IMG/VR virus record: IMGVR_UViG_3300032295_003763
Span: 135,928 to 199,927 of that record
Length of the DNA: 64,000 nt
Origin: a virus
Taxonomy: Duplodnaviria; Caudoviricetes
Strand: one strand, 5' to 3'
This document shows positions 10,124-20,431 of the stretch, in pieces. The position numbers were made by a program, and so were the translations under genes. Numbering within the stretch: the first letter of the stretch is position 1; each line of letters opens with the position of its first letter. The notes below the pieces were generated by a model, which made no database searches, had not been told where the DNA came from, and saw only the letters and a list, made by a program, of their open reading frames with translations.

Positions 10124-10827
10124 AAATCGTGTTCATAAAAATAATCAATTCCACAACATTGAAAATTGCTTTTTTCATATTTAGTTAAAATGGTTTTGTG
10201 CATATGTCCATAAACCCAGAGTTTTGGAGCATAACCATTGTGTTCAATTACTTTTGAATATAATAAATCAAGTCTCTTTCTTTCATTGATTAGTTCTTGT
10301 TCTAATCTAGGATCAAGTGCAATAAAACTTTTTACAATATGATTCAATTCAGTAGGCCAAACAAAAGATGGGCAATTATGCGTACACACCACATCTATTT
10401 TAATATCATCGTCCACAATATCTTTAATATCAGGAATTATGTATGGAAGTTCTTCTCCCTTCCAATATGATATTCCAGCTTTTCTATGTACTCTATCAAT
10501 AGAAATAGCACCACCTACAATCAAAATATTTTTGTTTTCTACATTAATAACTGAAAAATCTTTTAAGAATTTTATATTACTATAATCAAAAGGACAATTT
10601 TCATAATAATCTGGATTATCATGATTCCCTCTAAACACATACAGCGTATTATTTCGTTCAACTAAATGTTCATTTATGGAATTAAGATATTCTTTATCAT
10701 TATCTAATGGTCTAAATCCTACACCAAAGTCCCCTACTTGAATCATATGGGTATTTTTGTAACTACTTTCCTCTAGAGTTTTAAGGAAAGTTCTGAAATT
10801 ACCATGAATATCACCGATAAATATCAT
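10111..10827 (-). CDS. Calcineurin-like metallophosphoesterase
   Basis: GDIHG, GDFG, GNHD, TH, GHMH motifs. Confidence 0.9.
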   Translation of the reverse strand: MIFIGDIHGNFRTFLKTLEESSYKNTHMIQVGDFGVGFRPLDNDKEYLNSINEHLVERNNTLYVFRGNHDNPDYYENCPFDYSNIKFLKDFSVINVENKNILIVGGAISIDRVHRKAGISYWKGEELPYIIPDIKDIVDDDIKIDVVCTHNCPSFVWPTELNHIVKSFIALDPRLEQELINERKRLDLLYSKVIEHNGYAPKLWVYGHMHKTILTKYEKSNFQCCGIDYFYEHDLKSL

Positions 10828-12200
10828 TCTTCAATCTCCAATTCATCTTCAATTTCTTCTTCTGGTCCTTCCCATATATTTATACCATTCAATTCTTTAG
10901 GTTGTCTAAATTCATCAAAGAGGCTATTAGCTACTTTAATTTTCGCCTTTGTTACAAATTTCAATGATTTCAATACTTTTTCTTGTAATTTGACATCTTG
11001 ATTAAAAGTTTTAAGTCTTTGAGTTTCTTCTTTAATTGAGATTTCTGTTTCTTTTATCGTCTCTGCATTTAGAGATGATAATCGAATTACATCTAATCTA
11101 TCAGAAATAGCATTAGGATATTTCTTCAAGAAATCTAAAACTTGTTGTCTGTTTCTTTTAGACTCAAGCATATATTTCAAATATTCAAGCTTTGCTTTTA
11201 AAAATTCTAATTCATAAGAAGATTTATCTCTTCTATACATTAACACTTCTAATTTAAGAATTTCAAGATAATCTTTGAAATCATCCAAGTAATCCTCAAT
11301 AGTATCATATTCAACTACTGTTTTATCTTTAATGAATACGATTGATTCTTTAACTACAATACGTGTGAACTTTTCAATTTGTAATTTAAATGAAGCCCAA
11401 TTTTCTGCGGTATCGGATCTTCCAAATTTTAAGAGAATATCAATATCCTCTTGGGATTCATTGATAAAATCAAAATCATAATATTCAGACAAATCTCTTA
11501 CACGATCTATGAATCGTTCATACTTTATAACAGGTGGTAATCCCTTAACCCGTATTGTTCTTTTAGATTCATCAATCTCTAAATTAGACTCAATAAGCCA
11601 AGATGAGTCCATACCTTTAACTTTAGTAATCTTACCTTGAAAACCTTTATATGATGGCTTTAAAGATTTAATTTTACCAGAAAGATAATCTTTGATTGAT
11701 GTAGAAGATCTAGGCAGAATAACTGATTTATAACCAACCGCTATACCCATTACTCCAGTAAACATACCTAGTGGCATACCTACTTTTAAATAATCAATTT
11801 CAGAAATCTCCCCCTTATTTAAAAAGGACATTTCCGAAATAAGTTCTAAACTACCTTTACTTAGCTTTACAGATGTATATCTTGGTGCTGCTGGATGATC
11901 TTTAAAGGGTGTACCAAAGTTACCATCACCTTCTAAAAGACTCTCTGCTACTGAATGAGGCTTTGCTAAACGAGCAATAGCATTAGCTAGGGAAGCATCG
12001 CCATGAGAGTATCCAGATTCAGTCACACTTCCAATCAAACTATTTGTTTTTTGAAATGTTTTAGGTGCACATGAAAGTATCATTCTTTGTACATTAGTCA
12101 AGCAATCATGCCAATCAGGAATACCTCTGTGCTCTAATGTATAAAAAGCATATTCTCTAAAATTTATATCAATATGTTCAGTTATAGTAAGGCGTTCCAT
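10824..12200 (-). CDS. gp52: Type IIA topoisomerase, breakage-reunion subunit (T4 gp52/GyrA-like)
   Basis: YSHGDASL, GDGNFG, catalytic PAAPRYT. Confidence 0.9.
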   Translation of the reverse strand: MERLTITEHIDINFREYAFYTLEHRGIPDWHDCLTNVQRMILSCAPKTFQKTNSLIGSVTESGYSHGDASLANAIARLAKPHSVAESLLEGDGNFGTPFKDHPAAPRYTSVKLSKGSLELISEMSFLNKGEISEIDYLKVGMPLGMFTGVMGIAVGYKSVILPRSSTSIKDYLSGKIKSLKPSYKGFQGKITKVKGMDSSWLIESNLEIDESKRTIRVKGLPPVIKYERFIDRVRDLSEYYDFDFINESQEDIDILLKFGRSDTAENWASFKLQIEKFTRIVVKESIVFIKDKTVVEYDTIEDYLDDFKDYLEILKLEVLMYRRDKSSYELEFLKAKLEYLKYMLESKRNRQQVLDFLKKYPNAISDRLDVIRLSSLNAETIKETEISIKEETQRLKTFNQDVKLQEKVLKSLKFVTKAKIKVANSLFDEFRQPKELNGINIWEGPEEEIEDELEIEE

Positions 12201-13246
12201 TGCTCGTTCTCTCTTTTAAAATAAATAGGTACATAATCTTTTAATTCTTCAGTCTCTTCAGCATTAAACCAGTATGACAAATAAAGCATATCACTTGCTA
12301 AATCTTCCATACCTTTTAATTTACAAATATCATGTCCAATTTTACAGACATGATAATCTATTTTTTTCAATTTAATCAAATATAACAGATAACCATATGC
12401 AAATTCAAATCCTCTGGTAATTAGGATTGTATGCAATTTATCATATTCATCTTTATATTCTATTTTATATTTTTCAATAAAATTATCAAGTATTATAGTT
12501 CTAATTTTTTCTGAAACATTATCCTTTAATTCACTTTGAGTTTCTTTCAAAAGAAGTTTCCAATTCCTTAAGGTCTCATTACCGAATTCAGTTAAACTAT
12601 TAGTACCATCTAATCTATGTTGGATAGTAGCCAAAGTTTGTGGATTATTATGGAATTTAAAAAATTTGGAAGCTGAAAGTAAGAATCTCCATCCATTTAA
12701 AGATTGAATATTTGTAAATTTTACAATATCAATAATATCTCTTGTATGCACAACTGATGATAAATGAATAAAAGGTTCGGTTAGTAATACTTCTCTATCA
12801 AATGATTTAACATTATATGGTATAGATATAAAGTGTTGAACATACTTTTTATCAATATCATGATAAATCTGATCTCGTAGATGGTAATTACAATACACTA
12901 AATCACAACCTACTCTTTCAAGTTCTTTAACTTGTTCTTCTAAATAAGTATTCGACCACAGATCATCATCATCTAAATAAGAAATATATGATCCTCTAGA
13001 ATTTTCTATACCTATATTTCTGGCATATCCAGATCCACAGTTATCTGGAACATCTATTAATCGTACTCTTTCTTTACATTGAGATAATAGGAAATTTAAA
13101 TCTGATTCTATATTATACGACTCTTCTTTTACTACAATAACTTCCCAACTTTGATATGTTTGATATATCAAATTACTAAAAGAATCTTTAATATGATCTT
13201 TTCTTTTCCCATTAGTTGGGTAAATTACACTTACTAGTTTTGGCAT
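12182..13246 (-). CDS. GT2-family glycosyltransferase with C-terminal extension
   Basis: LVSVIYPT, ARNIGI, YLDDDDLW. Confidence 0.85.
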   Translation of the reverse strand: MPKLVSVIYPTNGKRKDHIKDSFSNLIYQTYQSWEVIVVKEESYNIESDLNFLLSQCKERVRLIDVPDNCGSGYARNIGIENSRGSYISYLDDDDLWSNTYLEEQVKELERVGCDLVYCNYHLRDQIYHDIDKKYVQHFISIPYNVKSFDREVLLTEPFIHLSSVVHTRDIIDIVKFTNIQSLNGWRFLLSASKFFKFHNNPQTLATIQHRLDGTNSLTEFGNETLRNWKLLLKETQSELKDNVSEKIRTIILDNFIEKYKIEYKDEYDKLHTILITRGFEFAYGYLLYLIKLKKIDYHVCKIGHDICKLKGMEDLASDMLYLSYWFNAEETEELKDYVPIYFKRENEQWNALL

Positions 13247-13247
13247 T

Positions 13248-15056
13248 TTAATTCACAGGAGTTGATAACCAAATCTTTCTATCTTCTACATTCTCACCCA
13301 TTGCGATTTGAAGTGATTTATTAGCCTTCTTATCAGCAACAATTTTAACAAGATTCATATTTTTATAGACCCATTCCCAATCTTGAGAATTCATAGAGCC
13401 AAGACCTTTCAAATACCTTACATCTTCAGATTTCTTATTTTTCACAGTTCTATTAAATTCATCTTTAGAATAAAAATATTTTCTTTTTACGCCTTGTCCA
13501 ACTCTAACTAGAGGAGATTTTAATATCAATAATTTACCTGATTTAATTACATTTGGAAACCATTTCCAAATAAAATTAATAAGCAAGGATGATATATGAT
13601 GCCCATCTGGATCCGCATCAGCAGCAATGATAATTTTTTCCCATTTCAAATCAACTTCTTTCCCTGGTTCTAATCCCATTATATGAATCAAATCCAGAAC
13701 TTCTTTATTGGATGCTAAATCCTTTACAGTCCTTACATTCTTAACTTTACCTTTCAAAGCATATACACCATCAGTCTGAGGATTTCTACCTTGACAAAGA
13801 CCACCAGCTGCAGAATGACCTTCACATATAAATAGATTTACTTGCTTTTTAGCAGGGGGCGTATATTTATCACTAATTTGGACTTTAGATTGTCTTTTAG
13901 CTGAACGAACTTTTCTTAAACTTTCAGCGTCATTTTTCTCTTGAATTAACTTCTTAATTTCTTTGAAATAACGCCATTTTGATATTTCTCTTTTTACTTT
14001 CGGTAGCATTTGCTTTGAAAGTATTTCTTCCATTTCAGATTTAGGAGTTACGAATTTAGTTTTATTTTGATCCCCAAATCTGACATTCTGAGCAGGCAAG
14101 TCAAAAACAACCATCATTTCATAAAAATGATGTGCAGTAGTGCTATCAAATACTTCATTAATAGTATCTCTCAATATATTTATATGAGATCCAGTACATA
14201 ATGCACCATTAATGAACCCCAATGTAGATGAATCTTGAAATGATTTGAATACCCATACATTACCTAATTCATTTTTTATATGCATAAAATCTTCATGAAT
14301 TATGGGTGCATTTAAATCCAGTTTTTTACCATCAAAATAAACTTCAAAATTCAAAGTTGATATATCCTTTGAAACCTTTATAAGCAAGTTTCTAAGGATC
14401 ATTTTTGTATAAACTATATCATATTCTGGAGAACAATTCTCAAAGACATTACTTCTAGGTTTAAACCTGATGATAGTTCCAGTCTTATTTTTTTTAGTGG
14501 CTTTTTTAATTTCTTTATATTCAATTTTGGTAAAATTTACCCATTTTTGCTTATAAATTATTGAACCATTACATGTTTCTATCTCTAACCAATCCGAAAG
14601 AATAGTACAAAGAGAAACACCCATACCATTCATACCCACTACTGTAGAACCATTCTCTTCATTAAAGAAATTGCTACCGCTTCTTAATTTGGTTAAGGCT
14701 GTTTCAATATTTGTTAAACCTGTTTTGGGGTTTTTCTTTTCACCATCTTTAAACCCTCTACCAGTATCTTCAACTTCTATAACCCCTTCCTTTGAATCAA
14801 ATCTAACTATAACAGATTGCATAGGTTTCTTTTCACGAGCACATCTCTTTGCTTCATCTATAGCATTATCAATAACTTCATCAATTATTTTCCAATATGC
14901 TATGGAAATAGATCTAAGTTCAGATAAAAAATAACCATCTCTATAAATTGGAATCTTTTCATCGGATTTAGTTATAGACCCAACATACAGTGCTGGCCTT
15001 TTAAGAACATGTTCATGATCTTCAAATGCAACTATGTCTCTTTCTGATTTTGCCAT
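13248..15056 (-). CDS. gp39: Type IIA topoisomerase ATPase+TOPRIM subunit (gp39+gp60 in one ORF, GyrB-like)
   Basis: EHVLKRP, EVIDNAIDE, DTGRG, GMNGMG, ICEGHSA, DADPDG, YLKGLG. Confidence 0.92.
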   Translation of the reverse strand: MAKSERDIVAFEDHEHVLKRPALYVGSITKSDEKIPIYRDGYFLSELRSISIAYWKIIDEVIDNAIDEAKRCAREKKPMQSVIVRFDSKEGVIEVEDTGRGFKDGEKKNPKTGLTNIETALTKLRSGSNFFNEENGSTVVGMNGMGVSLCTILSDWLEIETCNGSIIYKQKWVNFTKIEYKEIKKATKKNKTGTIIRFKPRSNVFENCSPEYDIVYTKMILRNLLIKVSKDISTLNFEVYFDGKKLDLNAPIIHEDFMHIKNELGNVWVFKSFQDSSTLGFINGALCTGSHINILRDTINEVFDSTTAHHFYEMMVVFDLPAQNVRFGDQNKTKFVTPKSEMEEILSKQMLPKVKREISKWRYFKEIKKLIQEKNDAESLRKVRSAKRQSKVQISDKYTPPAKKQVNLFICEGHSAAGGLCQGRNPQTDGVYALKGKVKNVRTVKDLASNKEVLDLIHIMGLEPGKEVDLKWEKIIIAADADPDGHHISSLLINFIWKWFPNVIKSGKLLILKSPLVRVGQGVKRKYFYSKDEFNRTVKNKKSEDVRYLKGLGSMNSQDWEWVYKNMNLVKIVADKKANKSLQIAMGENVEDRKIWLSTPVN

Positions 15057-15087
15057 GATTTTAAACTAAAGGAAATAATTAATAAAG

Positions 15088-15118
15088 CAAAGATAATAAA
15101 AACTAATGAATATTCAAA
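15088..15118 (-). promoter_or_regulatory. Bacteroidota-type host promoter for the topoisomerase operon
   Basis: TTTG-N19-TATCTTTG on the minus strand. Confidence 0.7.
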
Positions 15119-15149
15119 ATATATTTTTAAAAACAAATTTGTTCAAAAA

Positions 15150-15182
15150 TAAAAAGGGAGAGCTCCCTTACTAGCTCTCCCT
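15150..15182 (-). terminator. Intrinsic terminator after tail tube gene
   Basis: agggagagct/agctctccct 10-bp stem plus U-tract on the minus strand. Confidence 0.8.
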
Positions 15183-15227
15183 CTAATGAAATACAAGTTA
15201 TTTGAAAACTTGAATTTAAATTTATTT

Positions 15228-15797
15228 TTACAATGTGATATCTTCCCAGTAGTCAGCTCTAAGTTTAAACCCTGTTACTTTGAATATATTTTGATTTGTG
15301 TAATCTAATGACATCTGAGTAATTGGGCTACTAGGGAAAACACTTGCAAATATCCATGTACGGATAATATCCCCATTTTTCTTGTACAAATGGATAGTCA
15401 TAAGAGATTGCTTTGAAGCATATGATAACTTAGGAGTCATTGCGCCAGTTAAAGGATCACGGACTAAGTCACACCATCTACGAAGTGCTTTATACACATA
15501 CATAGAATTATCATTATTAACGTTAACTTCAAAATCTAATTCAACATCAGTATATGTATTAGCTACAATTGATCCAGCATATGATCTTTTATGACCTTTG
15601 AATGTTTGTTCTGTTGGAGTTGGCATTTGTTCAACATTCAAACCTCTTACTGCAATAACATTTTCAATTATCAATTCTTTATCCCATACAGTTACACCTG
15701 GAGGTGGAATTAAAGAAACTTGGAACAGATTCAAATACACAGGTTCGAATTGTTCCATACCTGCTTTCGAGTTTTTATAGTGTGGTAAAAGTCCCAT
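15228..15797 (-). CDS. gp19: Tail tube protein
   Basis: 189 aa downstream of sheath; W..LVRDPLTG, VFPSSPI..LDY, ADYWED resemble T4-type tube proteins. Confidence 0.8.
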   Translation of the reverse strand: MGLLPHYKNSKAGMEQFEPVYLNLFQVSLIPPPGVTVWDKELIIENVIAVRGLNVEQMPTPTEQTFKGHKRSYAGSIVANTYTDVELDFEVNVNNDNSMYVYKALRRWCDLVRDPLTGAMTPKLSYASKQSLMTIHLYKKNGDIIRTWIFASVFPSSPITQMSLDYTNQNIFKVTGFKLRADYWEDITL

Positions 15798-15861
15798 TGT
15801 TTTCGGGTTCTTATTTTTATCTTTCGTTTTTAAACGATTTTATCGTTTATTCTTCTTTTAC

Positions 15862-15869
15862 TATATATC
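15862..15869 (-). promoter_or_regulatory. Putative late promoter GATATATA
   Basis: Exact motif upstream of tube gene. Confidence 0.75.
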
Positions 15870-15914
15870 AAAATATAAAATTAAAATATTTTTATATTAG
15901 ATAATAAAGCCTTT

Positions 15915-16289
15915 TTATTCACTAGTGTAGAATCTTCTTGGATTTTTTCCAATAAGAATATTTAAAATCTTATCGGGAGTTCCTTTTACATTATCAAGCA
16001 TACCGCCATCTAAAGTATTTATTTTCAATAAATTACCTTCTAATGAAAAGTCATGCTCAATTTCATTTATCAACACTTTTACAATAGGTTTTCCTTTAAG
16101 TATCTCTTCTCCTATAATTTGGATTTCAATACCCGCTTCTGATGCTGAACCTGCTATTTCATTCACATATTGTATAAGCATTTCTTTATCAGTCGCTATA
16201 TCTTTATTCAGTGAAGTTGCCTCAATATTATTTGATTCGTATTGAGACAACTTCTTTGAATTATATTCTGAAAATGTTAATATTTTCAT
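15915..16289 (-). CDS. Hypothetical protein, candidate internal head protein
   Basis: N-terminus MKILTFSEY resembles the T4 capsid-targeting sequence. Confidence 0.6.
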   Translation of the reverse strand: MKILTFSEYNSKKLSQYESNNIEATSLNKDIATDKEMLIQYVNEIAGSASEAGIEIQIIGEEILKGKPIVKVLINEIEHDFSLEGNLLKINTLDGGMLDNVKGTPDKILNILIGKNPRRFYTSE

Positions 16290-16302
16290 TGTAGTCCTAT
16301 TG

Positions 16303-16328
16303 TAAAGTGGTCGAATTTGACCACTTTA
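16303..16328 (-). other. 10-bp hairpin directly after the sheath stop, without a U-tract
   Basis: taaagtggtc-gaattt-gaccacttta. Confidence 0.55.
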
Positions 16329-16330
16329 TG

Positions 16331-19300
16331 TTAAACAAATTGGAATGCAGAAGCATTTGCTCCACCAGTTTTGGTGACTGTGATTCTAGAAATTGCAATT
16401 TGAATACCTCTTGCAGGCTCAACAGCAATATCTATAATCGCCTTGTTTTGATCAATAATTTCAGGTGGATTGTTTGTTTCATCCATTTGTGTGAAGAAGT
16501 TGTAAATACCACCAGCAGATCTTACACCATCTAAGAATGTATCCACAATCGATTTGATTTCCAAACGAGTTGTAGCATCGTTAAATTCAAAGATGTATCT
16601 TGCTAAAATATCTTCAACACCTTCTTCAATTGTGATGAGCAAGTCTCTAACATGAACATTGTTCAAAGCAGAAGGAACTTTCTGATATGCTGTTTGATTT
16701 CCATAAATCATAGTTCCTATTCTCGCTCTCTTAACAATTGGGTTTAAACCAAATGGTTCGAGTGACTCGCGATCTCCGTCTGACAAATCTATTTCAGGAC
16801 CTACCAATCTACTATCGGACAAGATACCTCTTCTAGGACCTGCAACGATTGAATATGGGAAACCATTAATAAATTTGAGAACAAAATTATTAGAAACATG
16901 TGCAGCAGGAGGAACTGTTAAATTCTTAGTTCCATCTCTCAATATCAAGTATGGGAAGAAGAATGCTGCATGTTTCGCTCCATTCAATTCATCAGGTAAT
17001 GAATATGAGAAGCTTGGTCCAAGAGTCTGATTACCACCTGTTGCAATATATGATGTATTCAAAAGTGGTCTTGGGTTTCCACCTACTGGATCTGGTTCAT
17101 CTGTAAATCTAGGATCTGTAGATGCCTCAAATTGTTTAGCAGAAGGAGGATTCAAGATAGCCAAACACTTAAGTCTTTCCTTTGCTAATTTAGCAAGGAT
17201 ATTCTTAGGATAGTTGTTTGGTTGTAAACCACCATCAAAAGTATCAATAATATAACGGAATTGAATTACATCTCTACTTGTAAGAGCTTCGAATAAGTTA
17301 GTATTCTCAAGAACTTCATAAATTTTCTCCATTTGAGATTGTTTATTTGTTCTATCTCCAGGTAAGTGATATGATGTAAGTTTGAATCCGCTTAATCCAG
17401 AGAATTCATATGTACTTACGAAATCATCAATATTCTTATATCTAGTAACTGTTTTATCACCAGCACCAAATTCATTATTTATAAGAATAGGTTGATTTAC
17501 TGTATAACGGAATCTGAAAAGAGATGTCAATTCATCAAAGATCTTTCTCTTTCTGATGATTTTTGTAAGTCTATAAACATCTGCACCTTCGTCATCTGTA
17601 GTATATGATACTAAATATTGGCCTACTTCCAATCCTACTGCGTCTTCTACATTAATATCTACTTCAGATTTTGTACCGTTCCATGATTGAACTACAAAAG
17701 TTGCGGAGAAAGAATCCGCTAAAGGATAAATATAGAAATCACCACCAGTATTCACAGAACCTGCTTTTTCATAATTCAATATATCAATGAAAGGTCCTAT
17801 TTGAGTATATGTTCCAGTTACCGCACCTTGTAAGTTAAGTGCTACAGCAGGTTCACCAGAGTTATTTGTTGTAATAACCGTCGATCCATCAAATACATCT
17901 GTGATTTCAACTGTTGCATCCGCTGTAATATCCCCGCCTGTTCCATCAGCTGTATAGTATCCAATAACTTGGAATATTTCATTACCAGTACTTGTAGATG
18001 CACCCATATAATCAAGTTCAGCTACAAAGCTACCTGTAGCTAAATTAGTACCATTACCAGGTGCACTCAAAGCCCAGTATGTTGTACCAACAACATATGC
18101 AGCATCAGGCTGACCTGTAAGTGCAGCATTTACTTCAATGTATGTAGTAGATTCTGTTACAACTGTACTTAAAGTACTATCTTCATATGCTCTAATTTCT
18201 AAAACAGGAACACCATCAGTATCTGTGGTTTTAATGTATTTTAAGAAATAAAAGTCTGTAGGGCTATAATAATACTTATCACCATCTACTAAGAATCCTG
18301 AATCATAATCTTTATAAACTTGTGAATACTGATAACAGACAAATCTATTTACAGTACCACTTGTGTTAAAAGTAATCAAATCTGGTGTATAAGCGATAGT
18401 TATTTGATCTCCTGATAAATCTGGAAATTCTTGAGCACCAAAAGTAGATGTGTAATAACTAGGATTCAAAGACATATCCTGTAAAGAAATTATGTTATTT
18501 ACAGGAACAATAGTATTTGTTGATCCATTAAGAATAGGAGCATCATTCACATCAACATAGAATGTTGTTGTATCTACTTTATTCTTAATTAATACTTCAT
18601 CACCATCATCTATAGATGCTGTGTGATCTCCACTCAAAGTTACAGATGACAAGAATGTAACAACTACACTTGCACTTGTAGTCGCATTAGCTGACATTGT
18701 TACAACACCACTTGTAATATCTGTGATATAAGTACCAGAAGGAATACCTACACCTGAAAGTGGTTGATTTACACGGAGTTGCGTAGTTGAAGTAGGTGTG
18801 AATGTATCATCACCTGATGTCAACGCTACTGTTTGTGTAGTTGTAAATGAAGCACCTAATACATTTACAGGTGTCATTGTCAATTCACCTGATTTATTTG
18901 GATGTGAGAATGTAATCTTCAGTACTGTATTGCCATTTGAATCTAAAGTTTCTTGCTTAGATTCAACTTTTGCCCAGTTTCCACTATCCATTTCTATTAA
19001 TGAACCACCAACTGTCAAATTGCTTACGATAAACTGATATTCAGCATATTTTGCTACTGATGTAGATAAAGGACGCTTAAGAACTAATACATTCTTAAAT
19101 GCACCCAAAATACCTTTACCTTTATATGATTCAGTATAGAAATCACCAGAAGTTTCTGCATCATATACAGTTGTATCGAAAGAACCTGTTTTTTCTGTGA
19201 ATTGGAATTCTTCCTTTACATTTGTCTTATATGATAACATATCTAAATAGTCTACAGTATATGCAGGGTCAGCCAAGTGGTGACCAACTACATCATATCT

Positions 19301-20236
19301 TGAAGTAGAAGTTTCATAATCAGCTAAAGCTTCTTTATTGAATGCTAAAAATACTCCAGTTGTAGCTACGCTATTATTAACAATCGTATCAAGAGAATGG
19401 TTAACACCATTACCGTCAACAAAATCAGGTATCAAACATCCTGTAAATCTTGCAACTGTATTAATTTCTTCAGAAGACAAGAATGCATTCAATTGTGATT
19501 TAAGAATACCTCTATCACTGAAATACTTTGAGAATACAGGATCAGTTGCAAGTTTCTTATAGTTTGTCCAATTACCTTGAACTATAATAACTTCAACAAA
19601 ATAATCTGCTATATAATCGAATTCTTCAATGTATGCTGGTTTCTCTTCTCCTGATTGACCGTACCAATCACGAGCTGTGATATCAAAGCCATTTACTGCT
19701 GTTTTCTTTATGATAACAGATAAAGGACCTTGACTCAAATTCACAACATGCAACAATTTACCCGTATTAAGAGCATTTGCATTTGCAATTGCAATCATAT
19801 TACTTTCATCTGGGAACCAGAATCTTTGGGTATTATAAAAGTTTGAATAAAGAGCTTTAGTTACAATACCGTTTGATTCAGCGGTATCAACCGAGAATGA
19901 TCTATACTCAACCGCATCTCCGCCTTGAGTAATAGGTTGATTATTAAGTGGTAACAAATTGAGACCAAATACTGGTCCAATTTCCAAACATGTAAATAAT
20001 GATCTATGGAAGAAACTACCTCTTGATTCCAAGAAGGGATCTATTTCTCCAAATATTCGTCTCGCAGTCTTCACATCTGGAAGGTATACTGGGGAGTTGA
20101 AAGGTCCTTTTCTTGAGAAACCTACAACAAGACGAACAGTCTGAGTATTCAATATAATACTTTCTGAAGCGTCAAATTCTAATGTGTATACACCAGATGC
20201 TTTGAACTGGGTCAAATCCAGTTTAATCTTAGCCAT
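16331..20236 (-). CDS. gp18: Tail sheath protein, 1301 aa, with large insertions
   Basis: SGVYTLE, VGFSRKGP, VPPAAHV, AGPRRG, LNPI, GNQT, VHVRDLL, FEFND; ATG 20236 preferred over TTG 20263. Confidence 0.93.
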   Translation of the reverse strand: MAKIKLDLTQFKASGVYTLEFDASESIILNTQTVRLVVGFSRKGPFNSPVYLPDVKTARRIFGEIDPFLESRGSFFHRSLFTCLEIGPVFGLNLLPLNNQPITQGGDAVEYRSFSVDTAESNGIVTKALYSNFYNTQRFWFPDESNMIAIANANALNTGKLLHVVNLSQGPLSVIIKKTAVNGFDITARDWYGQSGEEKPAYIEEFDYIADYFVEVIIVQGNWTNYKKLATDPVFSKYFSDRGILKSQLNAFLSSEEINTVARFTGCLIPDFVDGNGVNHSLDTIVNNSVATTGVFLAFNKEALADYETSTSRYDVVGHHLADPAYTVDYLDMLSYKTNVKEEFQFTEKTGSFDTTVYDAETSGDFYTESYKGKGILGAFKNVLVLKRPLSTSVAKYAEYQFIVSNLTVGGSLIEMDSGNWAKVESKQETLDSNGNTVLKITFSHPNKSGELTMTPVNVLGASFTTTQTVALTSGDDTFTPTSTTQLRVNQPLSGVGIPSGTYITDITSGVVTMSANATTSASVVVTFLSSVTLSGDHTASIDDGDEVLIKNKVDTTTFYVDVNDAPILNGSTNTIVPVNNIISLQDMSLNPSYYTSTFGAQEFPDLSGDQITIAYTPDLITFNTSGTVNRFVCYQYSQVYKDYDSGFLVDGDKYYYSPTDFYFLKYIKTTDTDGVPVLEIRAYEDSTLSTVVTESTTYIEVNAALTGQPDAAYVVGTTYWALSAPGNGTNLATGSFVAELDYMGASTSTGNEIFQVIGYYTADGTGGDITADATVEITDVFDGSTVITTNNSGEPAVALNLQGAVTGTYTQIGPFIDILNYEKAGSVNTGGDFYIYPLADSFSATFVVQSWNGTKSEVDINVEDAVGLEVGQYLVSYTTDDEGADVYRLTKIIRKRKIFDELTSLFRFRYTVNQPILINNEFGAGDKTVTRYKNIDDFVSTYEFSGLSGFKLTSYHLPGDRTNKQSQMEKIYEVLENTNLFEALTSRDVIQFRYIIDTFDGGLQPNNYPKNILAKLAKERLKCLAILNPPSAKQFEASTDPRFTDEPDPVGGNPRPLLNTSYIATGGNQTLGPSFSYSLPDELNGAKHAAFFFPYLILRDGTKNLTVPPAAHVSNNFVLKFINGFPYSIVAGPRRGILSDSRLVGPEIDLSDGDRESLEPFGLNPIVKRARIGTMIYGNQTAYQKVPSALNNVHVRDLLITIEEGVEDILARYIFEFNDATTRLEIKSIVDTFLDGVRSAGGIYNFFTQMDETNNPPEIIDQNKAIIDIAVEPARGIQIAISRITVTKTGGANASAFQFV

Positions 20237-20284
20237 AATTAAGAAGCATAATTTTTCCTCCAATAGAGGTCGTTTTCTATTTTC

Positions 20285-20292
20285 TATATATC
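20285..20292 (-). promoter_or_regulatory. Putative late promoter GATATATA
   Basis: Exact motif 48 nt upstream of the sheath ATG. Confidence 0.75.
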
Positions 20293-20374
20293 AAATTAAA
20301 TTTTGAAATTTAGTAAAAAACATGAAAAATCAAATAATAAATATAATTATATTCTTGAATAAGAGTAGTAAAAT

Positions 20375-20409
20375 AAAAAAACCCAACTCGAAAAGAGTAG
20401 GGTATTTTT
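20375..20409 (-). terminator. Intrinsic terminator
   Basis: acccaactc-gaaaa-gagtagggt hairpin flanked by A/T tracts. Confidence 0.65.
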
Positions 20410-20431
20410 ATTTCTAAGTCTAAAAATTAGT

